Shown: positions 18,991 to 29,771 of the stretch, one piece after another | How the letters are laid out: each line of letters starts with the position of its first letter | Numbering within the stretch: position 1 is the first letter of the stretch | Notes under the pieces: generated by a model | Database searches by the model: none | Seen by the model: the letters and a program-made list of their open reading frames with translations, nothing else | Told to the model about the DNA's origin: nothing | Translations under genes and position numbers: made by a program | Assembly (NCBI GenBank): GCA_963719945.1 | Contig: CAVRDX010000001.1 | Location: 736,001 to 800,000 of the forward strand | Origin: an uncultured Thermoplasmata archaeon | GTDB taxonomy: Archaea > Thermoplasmatota > Thermoplasmata > UBA10834 | Length of the DNA: 64,000 nucleotides | Direction: 5' to 3'

Positions 18991-20304
18991 TCAGGCATAT
19001 CCGTACCCAATCCCCAGATACTTCGCACCGGAGGCTTTCACTTTCTTCGGGTCCAGGCATCTCCGGCCATCCACCACCACAGGGGACTTCATCTTAGAGA
19101 ACTCCTTCCGACCCAGCTTGCGGAAATCAGGCCAATCGGACTGCACTATGCACGCATCAGCTCCTGCGATGCACTCCGCAGCAGACGAGGCGTATTCGAT
19201 CGTCGGCATCACCCTGATGAAGTTGGACATAGCCATCGGATCGTACGCGACGACCCTGGCCCCTCTGGACAACAGTGATGTGATGAGCGATACTGCCCTT
19301 GTCTCCCGAATATCATCCACACCGCCTTTGAACGCCAGACCCAAAACAGCCACGCGCATCCCCCGGATAGAACCGACCTCGCGCTCCAACAACCAGATTG
19401 CCTCCACAGGCTGATGCTCATTGATTCCATCGAGTGCTGACAATAGCTTGGAGGAATATCCCTCCTGGCGGGCCTTGTCCCTCAAGGCCTTCACGTCCTT
19501 CGGCAGACAGCTCCCACCGTAGCCCAACCCTGGCGTCAGAAAGAGCGGCCCGATCCGAGGATCCTTGCCGGCGGCGACGAGGACCGTCTCGGAATCTATC
19601 CCGAACCTGACGCACATATTGGCTATCTCGTTGGCGTAGGATATTTTCGTCGCGAGGAAAGAGTTCGATGCGTACTTTATCATCTCAGCAGTCCGCAGGT
19701 CCGTGCGTATCTTATGAGTCTTGACCTTGGAATACAACCTCATGAGCATGTCGCCAGAGCGTTTGTCCATCGACCCAACGACGATCCTGGAGGGTTCCAT
19801 GCTGTCCTTCAACGCGCTGCCCTCCTGGAGGAACTCTGGGTTCATGCAGAGCCCGAAACCGGTTCCGGCCAACTTGCCAGAGCCAGATTCGAGTATGGGT
19901 TTCACCACGGAATCCGTCGTCGAGGGGACCACGGTGCTCTTCATCACGACCACCTTGAAATCATCGGATAGCCGGAGTGCTTTGGATATGGTCCTGGACG
20001 CGGACTTCACAGGCGTCATGTTGATCCGTCCAGATGGCAAAGACGGTGTCTGGACGCATATGAAAACGAATCTCGAATCTATCGCTGCCTGAAGCACGTC
20101 TGTCGTTGCACTCAACTTCCCAGACTTGACGAGCTTGCCAAGCTCCTTCTCGAGAGGAGGCTCGTAAAAAGGTGACTTGCCAGAGTTGACTGTCCTCACA
20201 CGGACTTCGTCGATATCGGCGCAGACCACATCATGACCGAGCTTGCCGAACATGACTCCAGTGGCAAGTCCCACATACCCAGCTCCGACGACGCAGATCT
20301 TCAT
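18991..20304 (-). CDS. ugd: UDP-glucose/GDP-mannose dehydrogenase family (Ugd type)
   Basis: GAGYVGL, CVQTP, KSTVVP, NPEFLQEG, KYASN.FLA.KIS, GYGGSCLPKD, GLAFK, DGR. Confidence 0.93.
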   Translation of the reverse strand: MKICVVGAGYVGLATGVMFGKLGHDVVCADIDEVRVRTVNSGKSPFYEPPLEKELGKLVKSGKLSATTDVLQAAIDSRFVFICVQTPSLPSGRINMTPVKSASRTISKALRLSDDFKVVVMKSTVVPSTTDSVVKPILESGSGKLAGTGFGLCMNPEFLQEGSALKDSMEPSRIVVGSMDKRSGDMLMRLYSKVKTHKIRTDLRTAEMIKYASNSFLATKISYANEIANMCVRFGIDSETVLVAAGKDPRIGPLFLTPGLGYGGSCLPKDVKALRDKARQEGYSSKLLSALDGINEHQPVEAIWLLEREVGSIRGMRVAVLGLAFKGGVDDIRETRAVSLITSLLSRGARVVAYDPMAMSNFIRVMPTIEYASSAAECIAGADACIVQSDWPDFRKLGRKEFSKMKSPVVVDGRRCLDPKKVKASGAKYLGIGYGYA

Positions 20305-20398
20305 CGAGCCTCGAATCGACTGTTACCGTATAAATCCTTTCAGAAAACGACCTCGAGCCCGGAAATCATTATATTGTCACCTGGCGTTCAAACGGGTG

Positions 20399-21253
20399 AT
20401 GAAGGTCGTCATACCAGCCGCAGGATTGGGGATAAGGTTCCTGCCGGCCACGAAGGTACAGCCGAAGGAGATGTTGCCGGTTGTAGACAAACCAGCCATA
20501 CAGTATGTCGTCGAGGAAGCGGTCTCTTCCGGAATGACTGATCTGATCATCATCACTGGCCGAGGGAAGAGGGCAATCGAAGATCATTTCGACAGATCAT
20601 ACGAATTGGAGCACAAGCTCAGGGACAGTGGCAACATTGAGGCCCTCGAAGAGGTAAAGAGGATCGCCTCCATGGCCGACATATTCTACATCAGGCAGAA
20701 GGAGCAGCTCGGGCTTGGCCATGCCATACTATGTGCCAAGAAGCATGTGGGGAACGAACCATTCGCTGTAATGCTCGGTGACGATATCGTGGTCAACGAC
20801 CATCCATGCATAGGCCAGTTGGCAGACATCCATGAGGAGATGGGGTCGTCAGTGGTCGGGGTCGAAAGCGTGCCCAAGTCCAAGATATCCAGATACGGAG
20901 TCATAGACGGTAAGAAGGTCCGGAAGGGGTTATACAAGGTGAGAAATCTGATCGAGAAGCCTTCGCCCGAGGAGGCGCCGTCAGATCTCGCGATAATCGG
21001 AAGATATGTCTTCGAACCGGAGATATTCACATATCTGGAAAAGATAGGTCCTGGCAAGGACGGCGAATATCAGCTCACGGACGCTATGAAGCTACTCTGT
21101 CGCAAGAAAGGGCTCTACGGGCTGAAGTTCGCGGGAAGGAGGTTCGACATCGGCAGCAAGGCGGACTGGATCAGGGCCACCGTCGAGCTCAGCAGCGAAC
21201 GGAAGGACATCGCCTCCGAGCTCGGATTCACTGTCCACAAGAAGACCAGGTAG
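20399..21253 (+). CDS. galU: UTP-glucose-1-phosphate uridylyltransferase
   Basis: KVVIPAAGLG.RFLPATK.QPKEMLP.VDKP, LGLGHA, LGDD, IEKP, GEYQLTDA. Confidence 0.95.
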   Translation: MKVVIPAAGLGIRFLPATKVQPKEMLPVVDKPAIQYVVEEAVSSGMTDLIIITGRGKRAIEDHFDRSYELEHKLRDSGNIEALEEVKRIASMADIFYIRQKEQLGLGHAILCAKKHVGNEPFAVMLGDDIVVNDHPCIGQLADIHEEMGSSVVGVESVPKSKISRYGVIDGKKVRKGLYKVRNLIEKPSPEEAPSDLAIIGRYVFEPEIFTYLEKIGPGKDGEYQLTDAMKLLCRKKGLYGLKFAGRRFDIGSKADWIRATVELSSERKDIASELGFTVHKKTR

Positions 21254-21356
21254 ATACAGGGCCAGGCAGTACTACAGTGTTTTCTGTAGGTCCACAAGGT
21301 ATTGTTCAATAATCCTTTATAGCAGCCATAGGATTTCGAATAGGGGGCAAGACCCG

Positions 21357-21851
21357 ATGAGACTCCTGGCAGAATATTACAAGGTAGACGATGCCGAGAT
21401 CGGCGAAGGCACTGTCGTACGAGATTACGTCAACCTCTATGGGTGCAGGATAGGCAGGGACTGCAAGATTGGAGCATATGCTGAGATACAGAGAGGCGTC
21501 ACGATCGGTGACAGATGCAAGATCGAGGCTTTCGCATTCATACCGTCAGGGGTCACGATAGAGGATGAGGTCTTCATCGGGCCACATGCTTGTTTCACCA
21601 ACGATCGAGTGCCAAAGGCCGTCGGGGATTGGGAGGTGACGCCCACAATCGTCAAGAAGGGGGCGTCGATAGGAGCCAATGCTACGATAGTCTGCGGCAT
21701 CACTATCGGCGAGAACGCGCTCGTGGGAGCAGGGGCCGTTGTGACGAAGAACGTTCCCGCAGGAGCAGTCGTTGTCGGATCACCGGCCAAGATTATCAAG
21801 AAGAAGACCATCGGTAAGGTCAAGAAGAGTTCGAGGAGGAGTAAGAAATGA
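21357..21851 (+). CDS. Sugar-nucleotide N-acetyltransferase (WbpD/WlbB-like)
   Basis: Hexapeptide repeats, FIGP..CFTND, GASIGANATI, VGAGAVVTK.V, GSPA. Confidence 0.85.
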   Translation: MRLLAEYYKVDDAEIGEGTVVRDYVNLYGCRIGRDCKIGAYAEIQRGVTIGDRCKIEAFAFIPSGVTIEDEVFIGPHACFTNDRVPKAVGDWEVTPTIVKKGASIGANATIVCGITIGENALVGAGAVVTKNVPAGAVVVGSPAKIIKKKTIGKVKKSSRRSKK

Positions 21852-22936
21852 AAGTACCGCAGGCGCAGCCAGTCATGACGGAGAAGATGATAGAAGCCGC
21901 CGCGACAGCCCTCAGGAACGAGAGGCTCACGCTGGGTGACAGCGTGTTCAAGTTCGAGGAGGCTTTCGCAAAGATGTGCGGCGTCGACCATGCCATCGCC
22001 CTTGGCTCAGGAACAGCAGCCCTGCAACTCGGCCTTCAGGCCGCGGGAGTGAAATCAGGCGACAAGGTCCTCACATCTGCGATGTCTTTCGTAGCCACTT
22101 CGAACTCGTTCGTCGTATTCGGCGCGAAGCCAGTGTTCTCCGATGTCGACGGAGTCGACTTCAACCTGGATCCAGCCAAGATCCACCTGGACAAGGAGAC
22201 CAAAGCGATCATACCAGTACACCTCTATGGCCATCCCGCGAAGATGGACGAGATCAACGAGATTGCGAAGAAGCATGATGCGGTCGTCGTCGAGGATGCC
22301 TGTCAAGCGCATGGCGCCAGGTACAAGGGTCGGAGGGCTGGCGCCCTCGGGCTCATGGGTTGCTTCTCATTCTACCCCACTAAGAACATGCATGTCGGCG
22401 GAGACGGTGGGATGATCACCACGAACGATGCCAGGATCGCAGAGGTCACGAAGAAGCTCAGACACTGCGGCAGGAAAGGGCAGTACGAGCATGACATCAT
22501 AGGCTACACCGCCAGGCTGAATACTGCGAACGCCGCGGTGGGAATAGAGCAATTGAAACTCCTGGACCAGTGGAACAACAAGAGGCGAGAGATAGCCAAG
22601 AAATACGACCAGATGTTGAAAGGAGTAGGCGATCTCAGGCTTCCGTTGCAGCCAAGCAAGGACTTCGAACCAGTTTACCATCAGTACTCGTTGCTCACGA
22701 AGAAGAGGAACGAGCTCAAGGCACATCTGGAATCCAATGGAATCGGCGTCGGTGTGCACTATGAGATCCCGATACACCTGCAGCCGATATACAGGGAGAT
22801 GTATGGGTTCAAGGAGGGCATGTTGCCAATCACTGAGAGGCTGTGCAAGGAAGTCCTTACCCTGCCCATGTTCGTCGACATAAAGGACGAACAGATCAAG
22901 TATGTCGTGGAGAACATCAAGGGATTCTACGGTTAG
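21848..22936 (+). CDS. DegT/DnrJ/EryC1/StrS aminotransferase (WbpE-like)
   Basis: SGTAAL, PVHLYG, EDACQAHG, FSFYPTKN, GDGG. Confidence 0.93.
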   Translation: MKVPQAQPVMTEKMIEAAATALRNERLTLGDSVFKFEEAFAKMCGVDHAIALGSGTAALQLGLQAAGVKSGDKVLTSAMSFVATSNSFVVFGAKPVFSDVDGVDFNLDPAKIHLDKETKAIIPVHLYGHPAKMDEINEIAKKHDAVVVEDACQAHGARYKGRRAGALGLMGCFSFYPTKNMHVGGDGGMITTNDARIAEVTKKLRHCGRKGQYEHDIIGYTARLNTANAAVGIEQLKLLDQWNNKRREIAKKYDQMLKGVGDLRLPLQPSKDFEPVYHQYSLLTKKRNELKAHLESNGIGVGVHYEIPIHLQPIYREMYGFKEGMLPITERLCKEVLTLPMFVDIKDEQIKYVVENIKGFYG

Positions 22937-22946
22937 GTCGAGAGAT

Positions 22947-23900
22947 ATGGCGAAGTACAATGTCGGTGTCATAGGGATAGGCTACTGGGGCAGGAAGATC
23001 CTGGACGAGTTCACGAAAGTAGAGGATGTCAGTGTGGTCGGGGTATCCGACCTTGACGAGAAGAATCTTGCTTTCGCCAGCGAGAGGTACGGCGTGAAGT
23101 CCGGGTACAAGAACTACAAGGACCTGCTCGCGGTGGATGGATTGAACGCGGTGGCCATCTGCACTCCGAACAAGTTGCATTTCCAGGTGTGCAAGGACGC
23201 ACTCGAGGCTGGCAAGCACGTACTGGTCGAGAAGCCGATAACCCTCACATCGAAGGAGGGCAGAGAATTGGTCGCGCTCGCCGAGAAGAAAGGGCTCCTG
23301 CTATCCGTCGGTCACATATTCAGATTCAACAACGCGCTGTCTGAGATAAGACGGTTGATCGAGCAGAAGTTCTTCGGCAAACTGTTCCTCATGGAGATGA
23401 CATGGGTCAATCTCGAGAAGGCGTTCCCAGACAGGGACGTTCTCTTCGACCTGGCCCCGCACATGTTCGACATACAGAACTATCTCCTCGGGGAATGGCC
23501 AGAGGAGATCATCTGCGTGGGAGGACCGTTCAGGAGGGAAGAGGGCGAGGAGACGGCCTATGTGACCACCAAGTTCAAGGACGGCGTCATCGCGACCGCG
23601 AATGTCAGCTGGCTAGTGCCCAGGAAGACCAGACAGATCATGCTAGTGGGCGAGAACAGGTCCGCCCTCATAGATGCAGTCGGCCAGGAAGTCACCGTCT
23701 ACGAAAGCGGATATACATACAAGCTCGGGGTCGATAGGAACAACACGATCGGTGACGAGCTGGTGCATTTCGTCAAATCCATCGCCAATCCGAAGACGGA
23801 GACCAAGAACAGCGGCATCGTCGGCGTGAAGACGGTGGAACTGATAGAAGCTGCAAAGACCTCGATGAGGGAGGGACGCTCCGTAAAGCTGCAGCATTGA
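22947..23900 (+). CDS. Gfo/Idh/MocA oxidoreductase (WbpB-like)
   Basis: GIGYWG Rossmann motif, HVLVEKP, GHIFRFN, DLAPH. Confidence 0.88.
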   Translation: MAKYNVGVIGIGYWGRKILDEFTKVEDVSVVGVSDLDEKNLAFASERYGVKSGYKNYKDLLAVDGLNAVAICTPNKLHFQVCKDALEAGKHVLVEKPITLTSKEGRELVALAEKKGLLLSVGHIFRFNNALSEIRRLIEQKFFGKLFLMEMTWVNLEKAFPDRDVLFDLAPHMFDIQNYLLGEWPEEIICVGGPFRREEGEETAYVTTKFKDGVIATANVSWLVPRKTRQIMLVGENRSALIDAVGQEVTVYESGYTYKLGVDRNNTIGDELVHFVKSIANPKTETKNSGIVGVKTVELIEAAKTSMREGRSVKLQH

Positions 23901-23945
23901 CCTCATAGGGGCATTTTTATAGTCTGCTCGGCGAATCACCGGGGG

Positions 23946-25079
23946 ATGGCATCCACCCTGATGCTCCTAGCGAATCCGTATAGACCCGATCCCCGAGTCA
24001 GAATCGAAGCCAAGACTCTCACTGCTGCGGGGTATCGTGTCCAGATACTCGCCTGGAGCAGGGATACGGGAAAGGCCGAGACAATCGAAGAAGAGGGCGT
24101 CGAAATCATCAGGACTGGCCCTGTATGCCCATTCAGATCCGCAGGGAGGATGGTCTCCAGCCTCCCGAGATATTGGATGGCTGCGCTGAGGGCATCTAGG
24201 AGCATGCAGTTCGACCTCATTCATAGTCATGACCTGGACACCCTGCCACTCGGATTATGCATATCACGATTGACCGGAAAACCGCTCATCTACGATGGGC
24301 ACGAATTGTATTCCGCAATGGTGAAGGACGATGTGGGACCCATGTACCGACCTCTGTCGATACTCGAGCGCTTGCTCGTGGTGCGGGCGGATTCGGTCGT
24401 CACTGTGAGCGAGACCCTCGCAGACATCCTTTCCCGAGGCAGGAGTGACAAAGCGAGGATAGTCAGGACCAGTCCAGATGTCACGCCGGCCTCGGCGGAA
24501 GAGATCGCCTCGATCCGTGCCAAGTATGGCATCGGAGGGTTCGTGCTCGGCTACCTAGGCTCTCTAGAGCCAGGAAGATTCGTAGAGGAGCTTATCGGGG
24601 CTTTCGACCCCGAGGACGGCGTTACCGTGCTCATTGCAGGGAGCGGTTCCCTACAGGAAAAGGTGAAAGACGCGGCGGCGCATAAGAGCAATGTGATCTA
24701 TGTAGGCTCCATCAGCGCGGAAGAGGCACTCAGATTGACGGCAGCCAGTGACTTGGTGACCGCCATGATGGACCCCGGGAACCCCAATAATGTCATCGGC
24801 ACCCCTGGCAAGATATTGAATTCCATGGCTTTGGGCAAGCCAGTCGTGACGAATGAAGGCCTCGAGATTGCGAAGCTCGTCGAAAGCGCCGGATGCGGGA
24901 TCATTGTTCAATACAACAGAGATGATTTCAGGCAATCCATTCTGAAATCGATGAAGAATCTCGCACAACTCAAGGACAAGGGAGAGAAGGGAAAAATCCA
25001 CTTCGACAAGCACCTATCATGGTCAAAGAGCAGGGACGAGCTCCTAGCTGCCTACCGGTTCATGCTAGGCGCTGACTAG
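23946..25079 (+). CDS. GT4 glycosyltransferase
   Basis: DPRV..EA..L, HSHDLDTL, YDGHELY, PGK...MALGKPVV. Confidence 0.88.
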   Translation: MASTLMLLANPYRPDPRVRIEAKTLTAAGYRVQILAWSRDTGKAETIEEEGVEIIRTGPVCPFRSAGRMVSSLPRYWMAALRASRSMQFDLIHSHDLDTLPLGLCISRLTGKPLIYDGHELYSAMVKDDVGPMYRPLSILERLLVVRADSVVTVSETLADILSRGRSDKARIVRTSPDVTPASAEEIASIRAKYGIGGFVLGYLGSLEPGRFVEELIGAFDPEDGVTVLIAGSGSLQEKVKDAAAHKSNVIYVGSISAEEALRLTAASDLVTAMMDPGNPNNVIGTPGKILNSMALGKPVVTNEGLEIAKLVESAGCGIIVQYNRDDFRQSILKSMKNLAQLKDKGEKGKIHFDKHLSWSKSRDELLAAYRFMLGAD

Positions 25080-25230
25080 TAATCCTGGGAAGAAGTATTA
25101 TATACCCAGCAACCCATTTTATTCCCTGTCCGACACATGTCGGACTAGATCGGATGGGATGCAGGAAACAGCTGACGTCATAGTGCGTTAGCGATGGTTG
25201 TTTTCTCGTCCTGGATGGGAGTCGATCTCG

Positions 25231-28200
25231 ATGTACCTGAAAGAGATAGAGCTCGAGAATTTCAAATCGTTCGCTCGAAAAACGCGGATTCCGCTTCTGC
25301 ATGGTTATACCTCGGTCACGGGTCCGAACGGTGCGGGCAAATCGAATGTCACTGATGCGATCCTCTTCGTTCTCGGACCAAAGAGTTCGAGGGTGATCAG
25401 GGCAGGCAAACTCACTGACCTCATATTCAATGGCGGTAAGGACAAGAAACCGGCAACCGAATGCAAGGTAAGCCTGATATTCTCCAACGAAGACAGGTTG
25501 ATACCTATCGATTCCGACAACGTGAAACTCACGAGGGTCGTGAGGACATCCGAATCCGCAGAGGGATATTACTCGTACTTCTATGTCAACGACCGGAAAT
25601 CTTCTCTGGGAGAATTCGACAGCCTGCTGGCCAATGCCAGGATAAGTGCTGACGGCTATAATTTCGTCCAGCAGGGGGACATCACTAGGATCGTCGAGAT
25701 GAGCAATCTCGAGAGAAGGAGGATCCTGGACGACATCGCGGGGATAACGAAGTTCGACCAGGACATACAGAGCGCTGATAAGGAGCGAGCAGTTGCGGAG
25801 GAGAACGTCGCTCGCCTGTCGATCATACTCGACGAGATCAGGAAGCAGATGAAGCAACTCGAGAAGGATCGCGAAGGAGCGCTCAAATACAAAGACATAC
25901 ACGAGAGGCTCGCTTTTGCCAAGGCGGCCCTGGCCACGAAACACCGCGACTCCGTAGATAGAGAGATCGCCTCCCTTCACGAGCAGGTCGAGAAGAACGC
26001 CGTTGAGAAAGCAAAGGCAGAGGAGAAGAAGGGAGAACTGCACGACGAGCATCGCCAGATCGCTGACGACCTCAACGCGATAGAGAACGAGATTGTTGAG
26101 AGAGGCGGCGAAGAGGCGAAACAGATCAAGGAGAAGATCGACAGCCTCAGGATCGAACTCGCACGTGCAAAGGATGCTCAGGATAATGCTGCCGAGATGA
26201 CCGAATCACTCGAGGAAGTGAAAGTCGCCCAGACCGAGGACATAAAGGCTGTGAAGAAGGACCTCACAGCTCTTGAGGAGAAACTCGCCCCGCTGGAAGA
26301 GGACCACAGAGCGAAATCTGGGATCCTTGAGAGCAGCAGGAACGAATTGACTTCTCACAAGGACATGGTCTCCAAGACGGACTCGGAATTGAGCAACCTC
26401 CAGAAGGATACGGTGGAACTCGCGGTCAAGGTCACTTCGATGGACGAAAAGCACCACGCGCTAAAGCTCGAGCTGGATCGACTGACCGAGCGCGAATCGC
26501 GTCTCAAACTGGACATCGCGAACCTCGAGGAGACCAAGAAGACCTATGAGTTCGAGCTCAAGGATTCCGAATGGTCGCTGAAGGAGCTGAAGGACGAGAC
26601 TTTCAACTCTGGCAAGGGGATAAAGAAGCAGCAGGAGGAGTACTACTCTCTCAGGAACAAGGAGAAGAAACTCAGCCAGCAATACCAGGACCTAGATAAC
26701 GCGATCAAGAGCCTCACCAGAGAATACAACCAGATAAAGGCGGAAGCGGAAGCCCATGACCTGATAAAGAAGGGCTACAACTCTGCCACGAGCGCACTGA
26801 TGGAATGCCGGGACAGGGGTTCCATCAAGGGCATCCACGGAACGGTCGCGGAGCTGGCGGATGTCTCTGAGGATTACGAGACCGCATTGAATGTCGCTGC
26901 GGGTCACAGGATGCAATCGATAGTCGTGGATAACGACGAGGTCGCATCGCAGTGCATAAATCACCTGAAGAAGAACAAGCTCGGAAGAGCCACATTCCTA
27001 CCGCTCAACAAGATGCTGGATGGACGTCCGAGAGGAAAGTCGATCCTGGCAGCCAACTCGGGCCTGGGATTTGCCATAGACCTCGTGAAATTCGACGAGA
27101 AATACAGGACGGCGTTCTGGTTCGTCTTCGGAGATACAGTAGTCGTCAAGACCCTGGACGATGCGCGGAAGCTCATGGGAGGCGTGAGACTCGTCACTCT
27201 GGAAGGGGAACTCGCAGAGGCTAGCGGAGCGATGGTCGGAGGTAACCTCGATAAGAACCTCCTGAAGTTCGGCGCAGCCTCGGAGAGCAAGTTGGAGAAG
27301 AAATCCACCGAGCTAAGGACCGCGATCGATTCGCAAGAGAGCATCCAGGGAGAGCTAACGGAACTCAAGACAAGATTGACGGAACTCGAAGGCCAGATAA
27401 GGGACTCGAATGCAAAGGACAGCGGAGAGAGCATCAGGATCAGCACGCTTCAGGCAAAGAAGAAGGAGTTCGATCAGAAGCTCGCATCCATCGCCAATGA
27501 ACTCGAGGTCAAGGACAAAGAACTCACAGAATGCCTCGGACTCATCGAGAAAGTCAACATAGACATAGGCAGGTTCTCTGAGGAGATCCAGAAGATAAAG
27601 GTGCGGAAGGAGGCGATGGACAAGAAGCTCATGGACGCCACGCCGCACGAGCTCTCACAGAAGCTGAAGAAGCTTGAGAGCGAGATATTCGAATTATCCA
27701 ATGAAGTGAGCGGACTGAGCTCCGAGATACAGACTATCAAGAAGCAGATAGAGCTCGTGACTGGTCGAAAGAACGAGCTCACGGCAGGACTCGATACTAC
27801 GAACCAGAGGATCGAAGAGCTCAAGGCGAAGCAGGAGGAGAGCCAGGAGAAGCAGATTCAACACGACACCGAGCTCAAGGCCCTGCAGAACATGGAGAGG
27901 TCGATGGGGGACAAGCTCAATTCCCTGAGGACAAAGCGCGACGGCCTCTACAAGAAGAAGACGGACACGGAAGCGAACATCGAAAAGCAGCTGACGAAGG
28001 CGCAGACCTGCGGAGACATAGTGCTCAGTCTTCAAACGAAGATCGCTGAGACCGATAAGAGGCTACTGGACGCCCAGACTGATTTGGCACAGTACGGATC
28101 CATCGAACTGCCTCAGGATCTGCCGACGATGGAGGACCTGAAGGCAACCGTCATCGAGAGCGAGAGGACCATCAATACCCTCGGAAACGTCAACCTGAAA

Positions 28201-28836
28201 GCCATCGACGAGTTCGACGAGAAGAGGGGCAGACACGACGAATTGAAGGAAGAGATATCCCAACTGAACAAACAGAATTCCAACCTGATGAAACTCGTGG
28301 CCGAACTCAATGACAAGAAGAAAGTCGGCTTCATGAAGATCTTTGGTGGCATAAACGAGAATTTCAAGAAGACCTTCGCCGAGCTTTCCGCAGGAGGGGA
28401 CGCTGAACTGCTCCTGGAGAACGAGGAGGACCCGCTCTCAGGTGGACTCATAATCAAAGCGAGGCCGAAGGACAAGAAGGTCGTCAGGATGCACGCGCTC
28501 TCAGGAGGCGAGAAGAGCCTCACCGCGCTCAGCTTCATATTCGCGATACAGGCGCACGAACCATCACCATTCTACCTGCTGGACGAAGTCGACATGTTCC
28601 TCGATGGCATCAACGCGGAGAATGTGGCGAAGGCGGTCAAGAGGGGTTCGAAGAACGCTCAGTTCATACAGATATCCCTGCGCAAGGTAACGCTCAAGGA
28701 ATCGGATCACATCATAGGAGTAACGATGCAACGCGATGGTATGTCCGAGGTAGTCTTCAAGCCGAACATCGGGGACATGGCGGACAACCCTGCCGAACCG
28801 GCAGACCAGCCACCAGCACAGGAGGAAGCCGCATGA
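25231..28836 (+). CDS. smc: Chromosome segregation protein SMC
   Basis: NFKSF, GPNGAGKSN, QQGD, long coiled coils, hinge GRATFLPL/GAMVGG, LSGGEK, LLDEVD. Confidence 0.98.
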   Translation: MYLKEIELENFKSFARKTRIPLLHGYTSVTGPNGAGKSNVTDAILFVLGPKSSRVIRAGKLTDLIFNGGKDKKPATECKVSLIFSNEDRLIPIDSDNVKLTRVVRTSESAEGYYSYFYVNDRKSSLGEFDSLLANARISADGYNFVQQGDITRIVEMSNLERRRILDDIAGITKFDQDIQSADKERAVAEENVARLSIILDEIRKQMKQLEKDREGALKYKDIHERLAFAKAALATKHRDSVDREIASLHEQVEKNAVEKAKAEEKKGELHDEHRQIADDLNAIENEIVERGGEEAKQIKEKIDSLRIELARAKDAQDNAAEMTESLEEVKVAQTEDIKAVKKDLTALEEKLAPLEEDHRAKSGILESSRNELTSHKDMVSKTDSELSNLQKDTVELAVKVTSMDEKHHALKLELDRLTERESRLKLDIANLEETKKTYEFELKDSEWSLKELKDETFNSGKGIKKQQEEYYSLRNKEKKLSQQYQDLDNAIKSLTREYNQIKAEAEAHDLIKKGYNSATSALMECRDRGSIKGIHGTVAELADVSEDYETALNVAAGHRMQSIVVDNDEVASQCINHLKKNKLGRATFLPLNKMLDGRPRGKSILAANSGLGFAIDLVKFDEKYRTAFWFVFGDTVVVKTLDDARKLMGGVRLVTLEGELAEASGAMVGGNLDKNLLKFGAASESKLEKKSTELRTAIDSQESIQGELTELKTRLTELEGQIRDSNAKDSGESIRISTLQAKKKEFDQKLASIANELEVKDKELTECLGLIEKVNIDIGRFSEEIQKIKVRKEAMDKKLMDATPHELSQKLKKLESEIFELSNEVSGLSSEIQTIKKQIELVTGRKNELTAGLDTTNQRIEELKAKQEESQEKQIQHDTELKALQNMERSMGDKLNSLRTKRDGLYKKKTDTEANIEKQLTKAQTCGDIVLSLQTKIAETDKRLLDAQTDLAQYGSIELPQDLPTMEDLKATVIESERTINTLGNVNLKAIDEFDEKRGRHDELKEEISQLNKQNSNLMKLVAELNDKKKVGFMKIFGGINENFKKTFAELSAGGDAELLLENEEDPLSGGLIIKARPKDKKVVRMHALSGGEKSLTALSFIFAIQAHEPSPFYLLDEVDMFLDGINAENVAKAVKRGSKNAQFIQISLRKVTLKESDHIIGVTMQRDGMSEVVFKPNIGDMADNPAEPADQPPAQEEAA

Positions 28837-29771
28837 GCATGACAGCACCGGAGATGGATTGCGCACAGGTTCTGAACCATCTGATGTTTCAGAAATCAAT
28901 AATCGATGATGGCATACAGGAGAAGCGGGAGGAGCGCATCGAGAGCTATCTCCGCACGGTCGAGGAGATCAGGGAAGGGACGCTCGTCCCATCCGAAGAC
29001 CCGTTCGAGAGAAGCGTCTCCATCCTCTTCGAGCTCGTGATCCAGCAGAAGTTCAATCCATGGGACATCAACCTGATCGAATTCTCAAAGCTCTACATGA
29101 ACAGGATCAAGAAGGCTGACGAGGTCAACCTGATAATCGCGGGCAAGCTCGTGTACATGGCATGGGAGATACTCCGCATGCAGACGGAGCTGGTTCTGCA
29201 GCGGGCGGACAAACCAGAGACTGTCGAGGTCATGTTCGATGGTTGGGAACCCGAGGGCTTCGACCTGTTCGTCGACCCGTTCGAGCTCGGCGCCGGAGAG
29301 GCTCTCCTCTACAACGATGAGATGCCGATAGACGAGAAGATCAGGCGCAAATCGGACAGGCCTGTGACACTCATCGACCTACTCGACGCATTCGAGGAGG
29401 CCAAGCAGGAGAGCGATATACGCAAGGAACTGTCGAAGTTCATGCAGAAGTACAAGAGGCCAGACTTCGACGACAAGTCGCACAAGGAGAGCCTCGAGGA
29501 TGACATCGCCAGTGTATGGGACAGGCTGCAGAAGTGCGGAAGCGGACCGATACCAGTCGGCGACCTGTTCACCACCGGAAAGGAAGATAGGATAACCGTG
29601 TTCGTCTCAGTGCTCTTCCTCGCGAAGATGGGGAAGATCAATATCTGGCAGGAAGAAGTGCCATACGGAATGATATTCGTGGAAGCGAAGGTGCCATGGG
29701 ATATCGCCCATCTCGAAGATGCGGCGACGGTACCCGAAGTCCCGGTCCAGAATGTGTCGGTGGTCAAGTGA
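28833..29771 (+). CDS. scpA: Segregation/condensation protein A (kleisin)
   Basis: NPWDINL, RPVTLIDLLDA, F.SVLFLA..G.I...QE..YG.I; overlaps the smc stop codon. Confidence 0.9.
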   Translation: MSMTAPEMDCAQVLNHLMFQKSIIDDGIQEKREERIESYLRTVEEIREGTLVPSEDPFERSVSILFELVIQQKFNPWDINLIEFSKLYMNRIKKADEVNLIIAGKLVYMAWEILRMQTELVLQRADKPETVEVMFDGWEPEGFDLFVDPFELGAGEALLYNDEMPIDEKIRRKSDRPVTLIDLLDAFEEAKQESDIRKELSKFMQKYKRPDFDDKSHKESLEDDIASVWDRLQKCGSGPIPVGDLFTTGKEDRITVFVSVLFLAKMGKINIWQEEVPYGMIFVEAKVPWDIAHLEDAATVPEVPVQNVSVVK

